This document shows, one piece after another, positions 41,603 through 55,137 of a stretch of DNA of 64,000 nucleotides. Both the position numbers and the translations under genes were made by a program. The DNA lies in assembly GCF_006345805.1 (NCBI RefSeq), contig NC_043008.1, positions 29,388,001-29,452,000 of the forward strand. Direction: 5' to 3'. Below the pieces are notes generated by a model. That model saw nothing but the letters and a program-made list of their open reading frames with translations. It was not told the origin of the DNA and did no database searches. Origin of the DNA: Octopus sinensis. Its lineage: Eukaryota. Within the stretch, counting starts at the first letter, position 1. Each line of letters starts with the position of its first letter.

Positions 41603-41647
41603 AATCTGTTACTCTGAGTTTCTCGTTGCCGTTCATCAGACAGTTCT
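41603..41647 (-). ncRNA. Minimal type I hammerhead ribozyme motif (inverted copy)
   Basis: The minus strand reads agaactgtCTGATGAacggcaacgaGAAActcagaGTAacagattt. Confidence 0.72.
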
Positions 41648-41651
41648 TGCT

Positions 41652-41696
41652 AGAACTGTCTGATGAACGCAACGAGAAACTCAGAGTAACAGATTT
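41652..41696 (+). ncRNA. Minimal type I hammerhead ribozyme motif
   Basis: Core CUGAUGA (41660-66); helix II CG-caa-CG with an A.A closing; GAAA (41676-79); helix III ACUC-a-GAGU; cleavage triplet GUA (41686-88); helix I CUGU/ACAG plus 3 further pairs after one mismatch. Confidence 0.75.
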
Positions 41697-41793
41697 TGTT
41701 GAATTTTCTGCTGCTTAAAATAAAGCATATTACTCTACCACTGGTATTGAGTACTCTTTTTTCCACCTTGTTTCACATTTATGTGTTTACTCC

Positions 41794-41837
<44 letters not shown>

Positions 41838-42298
41838 AGTCCTAGTATAGGACAAAATAAACTGATCAGATTCTTCTAATCACCGATGTAGCTAGATAAA
41901 TATATTGGCCGATTCACACTAATGATGTACGCCCATATGATAAAATGGTAAACTTGCTAACGAATCTTTTAACATATATGCATATTTTATTGGTAAAAAA
42001 GTAATTTCCTCCATTCACATTTATAAACTTAGGTTATCCGCTCATACATTTTCAGATATTTTTTCCGGTATGTGCAATATTGCGGTATTCCATATTAAGC
42101 GATGATCAGAACAACAAGCAAGCGATAAAACGATGTTTTTTATGCATGTAGGCGCTCTACCACAAACAAGCACATATTGACTACCATATATACCATCAAA
42201 CCTCTCTCAAACATATTTAACGATTTGATGCATATATATGTACATATGTATATGTTTGTGTATTTATATATATACATGCATATATATATATATGTATA

Positions 42299-42373
<75 letters not shown>

Positions 42374-43586
42374 ATGTATATATATATATATATGTATGTA
42401 TATATATATTATATATATATATTATATATATATATATATATATGCGTGTATGTGTGCATGTATATACTTGTGTACATGTGTGTATTACACAAGTATACAC
42501 AGATACCTTCTGTTACCTCACAAATTTCTTAATTTCAGCAACGCCAGGACACTGAATTCTAGTTTTACTTCAATATAATTATCAGGAACAGCACACGAAA
42601 CTCCATATTTATCTTTACATTTTAAAATATTAACCGTATAACTAGTCATATATAACTAATTGAAGATATACGTCTATATTTCTGGAGGGCATTCATAGAG
42701 GCACAGAAAGGTTTAAATAATAGTTGAAACGTTACAATACCGAATGCACTGTTATGTTTCAGCGTGTAACTAAAATAAATATCAGCTAGTTAATAAAGCA
42801 GATAAAATCAAATAAGATTTTCTAGATTATTGTCGAGTTTCATGCACGCATGTTTCAAATTTATATTCACATGTATAGTCACATACATATGGATGAGTGA
42901 ACAGTAAGGTGATCTCACCAACTGACGAATAATTTAATTGAGCCCTTTAGCAAAGCTATTATTTAATCCATTATAACAGGGTCGTAAATATAGGCTTTAG
43001 TTGATTATCGGTAACACAGATTTCTTACTAAGAATTATTAATATTGGTTTTTGTATTGAAATGGTATATTTTTTTGTTTCCCAATCCTCTCTTATTTCAA
43101 GATATTTGGTAAAGATATTGGCAAATTTATCGATATAGAAATATTATGTATTCTCGGCTTACATGTGAGTATACGTTATTTTAAATAAGAATTATGTTAT
43201 ATGATTTGATCCGACCACAGATTATAGCGAACATACAAGATAAGAACAGTAGCATGCTCTATAGTACAGTTGTTTCTACAGACTGTTTATTACTAGAAAC
43301 CCTGTTGCTTTGAATGTGTTAGAGGGGAAAAAAACTTCTAGTTTAATTTGTTTTCATAAAGCTTCCATCAAAGCATAACAATATTGATTTCTGAATTTGT
43401 CACCATGCCAAAAACGGATACGCTAAATGAAATAAATTTCAATCTGTACAGTATATAACCGCTTGTTGTTAAATACACTTCAATTGGGATTAAAAACCAA
43501 CTGCAGAGATCTTCTTACTGTGTTCTTAAAAATTATTTCGCTGGCCGGCTCCAAAATAGGTTTGATATATATATATATATATATAT

Positions 43587-43641
<55 letters not shown>

Positions 43642-43970
43642 TACACACATACATGCACACACACACACATGTATATATATATATATATATATACATATGG
43701 GTGAAGCATGAGAATTTTTTCTGAAAATCATTAGTTATGTTATTCTAATATGACAAGAAACGCTATACGGGATTTTTTTTTTCATTTTTGATTTTATTTT
43801 CTTTTTGACGAATTATGTTATATGACGCTTTTTCTTATGGGTACCAGTAAAATTAAAGTGTATTTAAATAACATGGCTTCTGTGTACCGCTGTTACAAGT
43901 GTGGATCACCGGTTTTATATCGTGTGCGTTATATATCATAAGGTAAATATGCCTGTGTTCGTGTGTCTAC

Positions 43971-44021
<51 letters not shown>

Positions 44022-44522
44022 TGTGAATGTGTTTACTTATTTGTAAAAATGTGTTTCACTGCTGCCATCATATAACCACGATGACAACTTCACAGACACT
44101 AATAATAACGACCCATTACCCTGTAGCTGCGGTATAAGAATTTACTAGGCGTAAAGCATTACGTTGGCATCTATGTTCAAATGTTCCTCTCACTAAGGCA
44201 GAAACTTGCATACATTTTAATCACCTCATCAACCCTGAAATTTCATCTCACAAAACTAACTACGGCATCCGAATTTAGTTCAAAAATTTGCAACATATCA
44301 AATCCCCACAATATGTACACTACCGCAATCACTCGGATTGGGAAATTTAAAAATAAAGGAATATAAGATTATACACAATATCTGTGTTGAATTGATGACT
44401 GGAGTCACAAATATGTACAATATAATAGTGCTTGCTGTTAAATATACTTCATTTTGAATTAAAAAGTAACTCCAGAGCTGTGTTTACAAATTATATGGCT
44501 GATCAGTCCCAAAATATTTTCG

Positions 44523-44775
<253 letters not shown>

Positions 44776-47575
44776 AAATTAATCTCAAATTTACTTTTTG
44801 TATATAAGACAATGGGAGGCATTGATCTTTGAGTCCATTAGCAACATTTCAATGATCACCCTCTGTTACAATTTATTACTGCCATCCATTTAAAGATCCT
44901 AGTTTATAAAATGATTAAGTCCTCTTAGGTAAGTACCCTGCCTGTGTCATAATGAAATATACTATGTCTTTTTTTTATCATGCGCTGTTCTATTATATTA
45001 TCCATCATATACGCGTAAGAAATAAAAGAAAAGGTGAACAATTCGGACACGATTTTACTTGTTATTGGTTAGATATTTCCCGAGAAAAAAAAAGAAAGAA
45101 AAATGGAAAAAGTAATTATTTAGTCAAGAATTACACGATGTATTCACTAGAAATAAATACACATAAAAACAATGCAAATGTCAAAAACAAATGAAATCAC
45201 ATTAAATTAATTGATTTTTTCAAATTCTGTGTATGCTAGAAATATTTGATTTCACTTGAATAGTTTTGTGGGAAAGATCAGAATAAAAGCAGCTAGAACC
45301 GGTAATAATAAGAATAGTAAACACAACAACAACAGCAATATCAAGAATAGTAGCAACAGCTTCAACAACAAATAAAAAACTTCAGCAATTTTCTTGTAAC
45401 ACATAGTCAGACGGCAATCTTCGATATATTTTCTGTCTAGGGAGATATGAAAATTAAAAGATATTAATGCAGAAACCATGTCAGAATGATACATAAAAAA
45501 AATGTGAAAACTTAAAAAAAGAAATAAGTAAATTTAAAATAACATAATTACAAATAAACATCAACAGGAAAAATATAAAATCTTGCTACGAAAATAAAAC
45601 GTAAAACATCTAAGAAAAAAGAAAGCATTTCTGTATCTCTCAGGAAGTGGTTTTCTTCGTCAGCATCTCATTTGCAAATGGACCAAAGAAAAAACAGATG
45701 AACAGATAGCGTGATATCAATGGATTTTCTCTCACTAAGAACTTCAGTTCCTATCTCTGATCCTCTCCATTTTCCCTACTTCTACTTTATTCTGTTGCAC
45801 TCCGTAAAAGTTTTCGTCTGCTACTTTTTTACCTTCACAACCATTTTCAGTTGGATATTGTCCCTCAGATTTACAGCTTTGCAGCATTCTCTCTCAACAT
45901 TTATATCGATCATCACATCTTTCAATTATTCCATATTGTGTACTTCATATAGGCCCCAACATAAAAGAAATGTTTTCCCCATCATCCCGTTCGGATATGT
46001 TCACAGCTATACTCACTTACCTATTCTCTCTTAACCCTCCCTTTCTCTCTCTCTCCCTCTCTCTCCCTCTCTCTCTCTCTCTTTACCTCATTTCTCTTTC
46101 ATTTTATCAGATTTTCCTTCTTTTATAAGGCAAATTTCATTTACTCTACTCATCAAAAAAAAGCGTTGAAGAGCAGGGAATTATATATTTTTAGACAGCC
46201 TTTCTTTTTTAGCTACTGTCATCTTTATCATATTGAGAAAATGGCTCTAATATCCATAAAACATTTATTCACGCACTTATGGCAGCGCGTTCGACCTTTT
46301 ACAATATTCGTATCCTCGCAGTCTCAGTCATCTTATTTTCCATTCGGCTATCAACTGGATGCCTTCTTTTTCCCCCTCCCTCTTTAACATTTCATTGTTT
46401 ATCTCTGTAATCACTGTTCTGTTTCTCTGCCACTTTTATGCTGAATGGGATATAATATTGTCCCATTTCATGACATTTTTCCACCTTTGCTCGTTCATTT
46501 GCTATTATCACTATTCATTTGCTCCTTTTGTCAGTTTTGTCGGAATCTATCTTTCTCTATTTTTTATGTTTGTTTTACTACTTATAATTTCGATAAACAT
46601 TTGTTTTTCGTTTTACATAGATCTTGTATGTTTAGTACGAAATTTTTGTTTTCTTTCTGAATTTCTATCTTTTTTTTAACATCTAGATTTTCCTTCATTT
46701 TGACAATTACTCCTCTGACACTGACGTCCTGTGTACATATCTATTATTCTGTCATAAAAGTGCATCTCCTTTCCGTCTCATTTTCTATTTGTATTTCCTT
46801 TAATTTGCACGCTCTGAGATAATTCTTTCTTGTTCTCATTCGTTCTACAAGTATCTCTGTTGATTTCCCAATAAATCACATCCTAACTTCCTATTAAAAT
46901 TCTTAATCCAATTCCTAATTTTAGTTACTTATATAAGACCGAAGCATATAGAAAAGTTTACATTACAGAGTTAGAGTTTCATTTTCCCTTATGTTTCCAT
47001 TCAAATTGCACCGTTGTTTTACTTTCGTCTCTTAAGCTTATATAGATTCTCTGATATCACCTAATATAACTATATAACTCTAAGTAACTTCTGAAATAAC
47101 TTCGAAACTTCGCATAGAAATATTTGTTGAATAATAGATATGCATGGTCCATTTTCATTCCCTAAAAGGAATTTGAAATAAATACAAACTATTATAGCTC
47201 TATGAGCTTTTGATAATGAATTATTGATTAATAATCTTTTTAATATATACACCGGTAATATGCGCCTTATGTGTGATAGATACACACATATATATGCAAC
47301 TCACACGCGCATATACAACATTTCTTTTACATGCGCATACCGCATACACATCTGTGTGTGCATGTATAAGTATGTGTGCGCATGTATACGTATGTGTATG
47401 CATGTACAAGTATGTGTGCGCGTGTGTATGTATGTATATAACTGTTTTGGGGTGTTCATTATTCATAAACCATACATCAGTTTACCTGATTTACCAGCCG
47501 TTGATTCGCAACTATTGTCGAAAAAAATCGTATATTGAGTAAGACATTTCCGACCGAAACACGAGCAAAACTCAC

Positions 47576-47638
47576 CAACTGCAGTAACTTTAAACTCAAA
47601 TATGAAGCCTTGTGCTTCTTCTACTTCCAGATCAAACT
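47576..47638 (-). CDS. Candidate 63-nt phase 1-1 exon (xFDLEVEEAQGFIFEFKVTAVx), cadherin-repeat-like
   Basis: Acceptor gtattgttttctgtag| and consensus donor TTG|GTGAGT. The peptide resembles the cadherin F/L-D-x-E...F-x-V-x-A-x-(D) strand. The family assignment is inference. Confidence 0.45.
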
Positions 47639-49811
47639 CTACAGAAAACAATACGCCCAGCAAACGCCTGATTCAGTAAAATTGTAGTAAGATCAGAAAT
47701 GCCATGCCTGAAGATTTGCATATAAAACATATATCATACTACAGCTTGGTATCAAAATATCTATGGATATTTTGGGCTTATTTATTCAATTTTTGTTTTT
47801 ACCATCATATACTATCATTGAGACAAAAGGGCAGCGAGCAATCCACATTATTAGCCTAATCCACATAATTATCACACCTGGAAACTACCGATTATGGGCC
47901 GGAATATATGTTGAAATATTATTATCATTATCTGTCACACATTAGATCACGTCAGATATCTTCACATTTGAACTAGCTAGTGTTTTGCACACAAAGTGAT
48001 TTCTATATTTACAAAACATCGCTTTGTAAATCTGTGCATATACTGCTTGTAAATTTGTACAAAAAATGTGAATAGGAATCGAGTACATTTTGGATTGATT
48101 CTTCTTAACAAATAGAGCATATACAGCATGTATTGACATTTTGTTTTCCTTTGTGGACACGCACACGCACAAAAATTGCTTTCTAGGAGAAAGAGTACAA
48201 TGAGAAAGAGTATGGAAGATATCGTGAAGTTGGAAGTGCCTTCTTTTGATATAATTAGAGGAACTAACACCTATAATCTGCATATGCCACCCGTATCGGA
48301 ATATATGTTCCACGTACAAAGCTAATTGCTCTCAAATCACTATAATTCTGTGTTCCACACATGTCGACATATAAGAAGCAGACGGGGAGTATGTTCACGA
48401 TCTGCTGTCGCTAGATTACCCCTATGTCAACGTGACCGTAACTGATTAACGAGACAGAAGCTATTTTATGGCATCCCATTTGTTAGGTATTGATGCCAGT
48501 GTCTTCGATGATAATGGGACATTAATATCTCACCTGCAGGCCATTTATGTCCGCATATAGTAAACGTGCACTGGTTTTTGTTTGCAGTTGTTTAAGCATT
48601 CCTTACTTAAATTACGGATGATTTTTCGAATACAACAAAAATCATGAATTCCATCAGTATGCAGCAAAACATATACATTGATATATGCTAAATTGTCGTG
48701 CTCTTTATTGCACGTGACTTCATTCAATATATCTCATTTGTCAATACTGATATATTTAGTAATTAACATATGATGTATCGTGTAATATATTCTGTAAGTT
48801 TGAAATTAACTTCGTTTAATCCGATCTGTCACGGAAAGTTGTTGATCTGAAGTAGTTGGTGATGCACAACATAAATGCAAATATGACACATTCATACATT
48901 TAAACAGATATATGGTACTCAAAGGATTAAGCAAATATACAAATATATTTAATTTAGAATATTAGAATAAAAAGATATAGAAATATAAAGAAAATATTAG
49001 GAAATACAGGAAATTAGGTATGAAAGACATGAGAAAGTATTGTGATTCGCTTAAGTTTTGTACAAATCTAGATAAGTTCCTATATAAAAGTATTATCGCA
49101 GATTTTAAAGGAGCATCTTTAAAATGGTATAAGGTATTTGAATTCTTTAATAAATATTATTGTTTCTTACGTCTGCCTATTTTGCAGGTGTTGGCAAACA
49201 GATGGATATATATTGTAAAAAATGCTAGATTTCTGATTACATAGTTTGATCTATATATCAGAGACCATGCTGTACAATATATTGCATTTCCTCCTAAGTT
49301 TAAGCTTTCAGTTCAAAAAGGATTGTTGTGATTTCTTGCTGTTTACGTGACACTATAGGAATTGCGGGCTGCTCTTCGATGAGGTAAGCCTACTATAAAT
49401 AAATGAGATTTCCCATATCGTTATTGTGCAATCGTTATTGTGCAATGAACACGATAAGTGAGAGCATTAATAATGTATTGACATAATTCGAAAAAATTCT
49501 TCAAACATCACTAGCGCTGACGATTACTATTGCATGGATTATATCGATTATTACTATTGCATGGATTATATCGATATTATGCTATAGTAATTATATACTG
49601 TGGCTGGAAGATCTACTTTTGTATCTTTCATATATTGTTCACTTTTAAGTACAAATGAGAATGAATTCATTCTCCAGTTAATTATCTTTTGTTATCTGTT
49701 GTTACTTCAGCACATTCATTTACATTCGTTTTCACACAAGCACATACGCAGACACGCACACACGCACATACACACGCACACACACACGAACACACACACA
49801 CACATACACAC

Positions 49812-50205
49812 CACAAAAAGCGGACGCGTTGTCGTCACCGTTTGTACGCACGTTGACCACATTCCCGTTGCAATCAATCGCAGCGGCAGAGAGCGCGGGA
49901 CCGAAGTTGGCTCACTCAGTTAATCGGTAGGCTCTTTCTGCGAAAGTGCGTCCGGTAAGCCACATGCCCCTTCCCGACGCATCGCTGCCGAATCCAGCTC
50001 CTTACCTTGACCTGCTATAGCACCCAGAGCGACCCGATGCGCAGACGTTGAATCGGAAACCATTTTGCTCGGCAAACTCTCATTTACACCGCCCAACACG
50101 GGACGGCGGACATGTACGACCGGCTGTCACCGGATTATCCACGCGCGCTTGCACACCTTAGCTGTCAGGGTCTCAAAATGAGAGTTAGTCGCTGTATATT
50201 TCATG
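49812..50205. promoter_or_regulatory. CpG/GC-rich island; possible promoter or first exon of a minus-strand gene
   Basis: Abrupt GC- and CpG-rich segment in an AT-rich window. It contains aaaATGG at 50063, a 19-codon frame and the donor AAG|GTAAGG at 50006. Confidence 0.35.
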
Positions 50206-51796
50206 ATAACGTGGACATGATATTTTCTGAAATTAAGAAGAGAGGATGTTCTTCCAAACGTCGCATAATTGGATATAATAGCTCGTTATATATGTAATTT
50301 CACTGACTTATATTAAAAGCTGTTGCAGAAGACTCTTTGTTGTGTAATGTTATTGCTATGAAATTATACCTATATATACAATGCCGTATAAAATAATATG
50401 GGATTTGAGAGTTAAATCTAAGACTATAAACTTATAAAGGTAATAATTTCCCTTAACTTATTGATAATAATTTCTTAGTTTATAAGGATAGTATAACACA
50501 GTAAACCGATTGTAAATTTAAACTGGTAGTAAAACTTATCTCATGTTTTATATTTTTTAAACATGAGTCATGCAATATTTTGATTATTTTCATAAATATT
50601 ATCTTTAATATTATAGTTGTCATTGCATTAATTATTGCTGATATTCTTCTTATTATTATTTTTATAATCAATATCACTTTTAATATTGTTATGCTTTTGT
50701 TTTATCAGTAACATTCCAGTTTACTTTTTATTGTTATCAATTGCATTTAATACAACTATAAATTCTATGGTATATTAGATCACTATGATAACCTCAATTA
50801 TATAATGCACTCATTATGTACGATATACGAGATATTTTCCACCATTTCACTTACATAAATTGCAGCTTGAAACTAAAAAAGAAACAAGTATAACCGAAGT
50901 AAATCCATATGTTTGAATACATTTATATGTTTTCTCTGAAATTTCTCTTGGGAACATACGCAATTCCTCATGAAAACGATACGGAAATAGAAATAATCTA
51001 TTTCTGGATAGTTTACAGCCAGTATAATCCATTTAATCTTGTAGCTCTTCTAACAAACCATAGCATATATCTGCAAATAAAACTCTGGTTTTATATCTGA
51101 TAACTGTGATCGCAGTTGTCAGATATGTACACGTCAACAGTCATCACAAGGATGTTATTTGAACGATTACTGGTTAGTCTCCCAGATACTTTTCTATTTT
51201 ATGAAAAAAGTAGTTTCCGCAAGCATTAGCTTTACTGCCAACCCGCATTAGCTTAGAATGTAAGATACACGTAATTTTAGAAACAAATTTGTCACCATAT
51301 CGAAGCTATTTATGACGACATAACTATTGCAAAAACTGATACATATAAATACAGAGAAAGAGAGTAAGAAATTTAGAAAATAAAAGAAAATGATTTATTA
51401 ATTTAGGCTACAAGAAGTGTGTGAGCATGGTCTCCATAAGCCTTCTTTCTACACAAATCTGTGAGTCTTACTATAGCGGTTCTTGCTCAGCAGTGGCATA
51501 TTTTTTTTAAAAAGCGAAATACTTTAAACGGGGACGATTCTAGGACTGGTGTGAGGGAATATGCCAGAAGTGCAGTAATGGAGATCAGCTACATGGAACA
51601 ACAGGGCTCTTAGATTCAATAGAATAGATTACCACTTGCTAAACAACAGGTGTCTTTGAAACAAGCTGCGATCACCTTTGTTAAAGATTTTAATCAGTTG
51701 TCAAAAATTCCCCTCCATGCGGCGGCAGTAGAAGCAGCAGAGACTCCTTGAATCTTTGTCTCTTACTCTCCCACTCACACTTTTCATATATATATA

Positions 51797-51839
<43 letters not shown>

Positions 51840-51843
<4 letters not shown>

Positions 51844-51938
51844 GGCATATATTTCGTAACCCACAGTGTAGAAAAGCCTCTTCAGGTGGCATAATATGCT
51901 TATGACACCTGAAGAAGCTCTCTTGCATTGTGTGTTGC
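51840..51938 (-). mobile_element. Old PLE-like fold-back with a degenerate hammerhead motif, adjacent to (TA)n
   Basis: 39-nt arms (51856-51894 and 51900-51938) are 30/39 identical with a 5-nt loop. The minus strand reads ttatgccacCTGAAGAg...cGAAAtatatgccataa. Confidence 0.5.
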
Positions 51939-52331
51939 TTTTGATATTATTACATCGTTCCACGCCCGCCAGGGAGCAGTGAAACCAGAAGCCGAAACAA
52001 ATGTTGTACTAATGTATGCTTTTCGTTACACACCATCTTATCTATTATCTTTAAAATATATCCTATGTGCCCCCTAGAATTTCTGGACGTAAATCCAACG
52101 ATGAATGCAAAGTATCGCTGATGACACCTAGAAGCCATAAGCGGTGAACGTGCTCTGAAGACACACTAGTTGGACATACACTGAAACAATGTTTGGATAC
52201 TGCGGTTAACGCCTACTTTCTAAACCTTAGCTCTTTATATAATATGTACGAAGAAAATCGTATCTTGTCCTTAGATCAAACACTAGAAGTCCAACTATGT
52301 TTTAAGTTGCATTAACACACACACACACACA

Positions 52332-52380
<49 letters not shown>

Positions 52381-52390
52381 TATATATGTG

Positions 52391-52477
<87 letters not shown>

Positions 52478-52544
52478 ATGTATGTATAAATATATATATA
52501 CATATAAACAATATTAAAATTAATAACAATCGTTTCTGCTCTAG

Positions 52545-52720
52545 ACACAAAACCCAAGATTGTGGGAAGGGATTGGAACTTAATTTGTCGACCCCTACCC
52601 TAGAAGGATGGCAGTCAAAAGATCGACCTCGGCGGAATTTGAACTCATATCGTAAAGACCTACGAATTACCGCTAAGAAATTCGCCCGGGGTGCTAATGA
52701 TGCTGCCATCTCGAAGCCTT
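52545..52720 (-). mobile_element. tRNA-derived SINE
   Basis: Contains gatcgacctcggcggaatttgaactcatatcgtaaagacctacgaattaccgctaagaaattcgcccgg. Confidence 0.85.
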
Positions 52721-53139
52721 TAAAGTTAATACTGATATCTTCGAAGATATATGTCAACACAACATTATGAAGGAAATCCAAATTGGTTAAATTCGAAAGA
52801 AACATCTGAAAGAAGACTTTTCAAATGCTAATAAATCGCTGACAAAAAGGAACGCCTAAATGAAATTCAGCTGAATGCATTCATTCAATCAATCAACAGC
52901 GACGTCATTGAATAACTAATTTACTTTATAAAAGTGTAAGATAATAAGTACCACACAAATTGTATATTTTTTTGACAATTTGAAATCTACATAGAAAAGT
53001 AATCCCCTACCCGCCCACCCAAAAATATTGACTTAGAAAATGAGTATTTCCCTATACAATTATTGATGGCGTCGGCGGATAACTACAAAATATAAACTAC
53101 GATAAATATTTTACATAATACATACATGCATGTATACAT

Positions 53140-53146
53140 ACGTATA

Positions 53147-53187
<41 letters not shown>

Positions 53188-53231
53188 TATATATATATAA
53201 TATATATAGATATATATATATATATATATAG

Positions 53232-53310
<79 letters not shown>

Positions 53311-53365
53311 TATATATATATATATTATATATATATTATATATACATATATATATATACATATAT
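53140..53365. repeat. Long interrupted (TA)n microsatellite
   Basis: Seen directly in the sequence. Confidence 0.95.
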
Positions 53366-53589
53366 TTAGAACTCTTTTCAACATAAAAATAACGATAACT
53401 CTTCTCAACATAAACACAACAACGTAAGAAATTTGAAAAGCTAAACGCGAAACCGGTCTTTCTTCTAAATTATGTCATTGCAAGAAAAGAAAATAATTTA
53501 TAATATTCTTCAGACATATTGACTTAAATATATATTCTTTAACCTTTTAAAAACCGCCTTCTGTAGTTTTTTCACTTTTTACTATTTTC

Positions 53590-53624
<35 letters not shown>

Positions 53625-53626
53625 AT

Positions 53627-53658
<32 letters not shown>

Positions 53659-55137
53659 CAGAGAGAGAGAAAGAGAGAGTTTGAAATACACACACACTTA
53701 AATATAGGTGAACAAACTGATGACTTTGAGAAAGGATAACTTACGGTGTCCACAGAATATATCGTTGCAATAAGATACACCAACACTTCATACTATTTTC
53801 CACATTTAACTGAACATGTTTAAGATATTTTTTTAATCCTGTCATGTAAACATTAAACGAGATGTAATATATGCCTACTGTCTTAAGTGGGGTTCAAGTG
53901 CATATTATCTTTATTGTCAGTGAATTCTAATCTAGTCAGGTGTAAATAATTATTTCTAAAATCTCTCAAAATTAAGGCACTGATTTCAAGTGAAGTATAG
54001 AGTGCTGGAATATCATATGCAATGGAATAGGAAAAGTAATTAAATGAGGCCTCGAATGCCGCCTGAGAATATCGTAAAGAGGGAAGCACCTGAAACTTAT
54101 TTCAGTTTCTTTGAACAATCATTAATGAATAACAAGGTCATAGATACCTTAGAAACGATTTACTTATACACTGCTGGGTTATAATATACTGTCATCTCTC
54201 TCTCTCTCTCTCAATCAATCAGTCTATCTGTACACACTACACACACACACACACGCACACACACATACACACACACATAGGTATATATATATGTATATAT
54301 ATATATATACATACATGTATACATGTATCTAGACACAACTAGATATTTAGTTACTTAAATGCAGTTAGATAAACAACTACCTAGTTACATATATGTGAAT
54401 GTTTTTGTGTATACACTCACATACACACACAAACACATATATATATTAATATATTATATATACATATATATGTGTGTGTTTATGTATGCGTATGTGTGAA
54501 TAAATGGGAATGCACATACAATATATACATGCTCACAGGTATAATTATATATTCTTTAAAATATTCTTGGCATTGGCATTAAATTAGAAGAATATATACA
54601 TTCATATATATAGGCACACCCAATGTTACATAAATATTCATGTACACGCACACAACGTACACACACATACGTACACATACATACATACATGCATACATGT
54701 ATACATATCTATACACACACACATACATATATACATATCTATACGCACACATTTTAATGCAGTCTTGCATGCGTGTACCAAAGTAAGTTTGAATGATTTT
54801 CTATATGTGCATATACCTTTTCTCCTTTTACCCATTAAATAATAATAGGATTTCTTAAATAATTTTTTTTTAAATTACACGTCGACTTCAAGCCCATTCC
54901 GATCTTTAGATCTCATTTGATATTCCGTTCCTATTATAAGATTTAAATTCCAGGCGCATAATCTATAGATGTCTTTATCCATTATGAAAATGACCGTCAT
55001 TGCCTTCGTTTCTGCTCAATTTTCGTGACTTATTCATAGAATTGTTAATGGCTCGGCGTAATGTCTCTCTATGAAAATTTAATAAATATAAAAAAGAAAT
55101 ATTCATTTCCTTTACTCCTTTGTTGTGCCATTCTCAC

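Larger units (their letters stand above)
41574..41795 (+). mobile_element. Short PLE/retrozyme-like insertion: 74-bp-arm palindrome plus 70-bp 3' tail, flanked by (TA)n
   Basis: Arms 41574-41647 and 41652-41725 differ only by two 1-nt indels, with a tgct loop. The tail 41726-41795 is followed by (TA)n. Confidence 0.85.

Noticed and set aside
45252-45431. Minus-strand exon candidate with a poly-Leu TM-like stretch
   Set aside because: The hydrophobic run derives from degenerate (AAC)/(AAT) repeats.
49417-49580. 14-bp and ~27-bp tandem duplications (atcgttattgtgca x2; attactattgcatggattatatcg x2)
   Set aside because: Only two copies each with no spacers; these are ordinary slippage duplications, not a CRISPR-like array.
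49920-50226. About 100-codon minus frame interrupted by a single TGA (possible selenocysteine readthrough)
   Set aside because: GC-rich DNA has few stops by chance, there is no Cys/Sec redox motif, and no SECIS element was identified.
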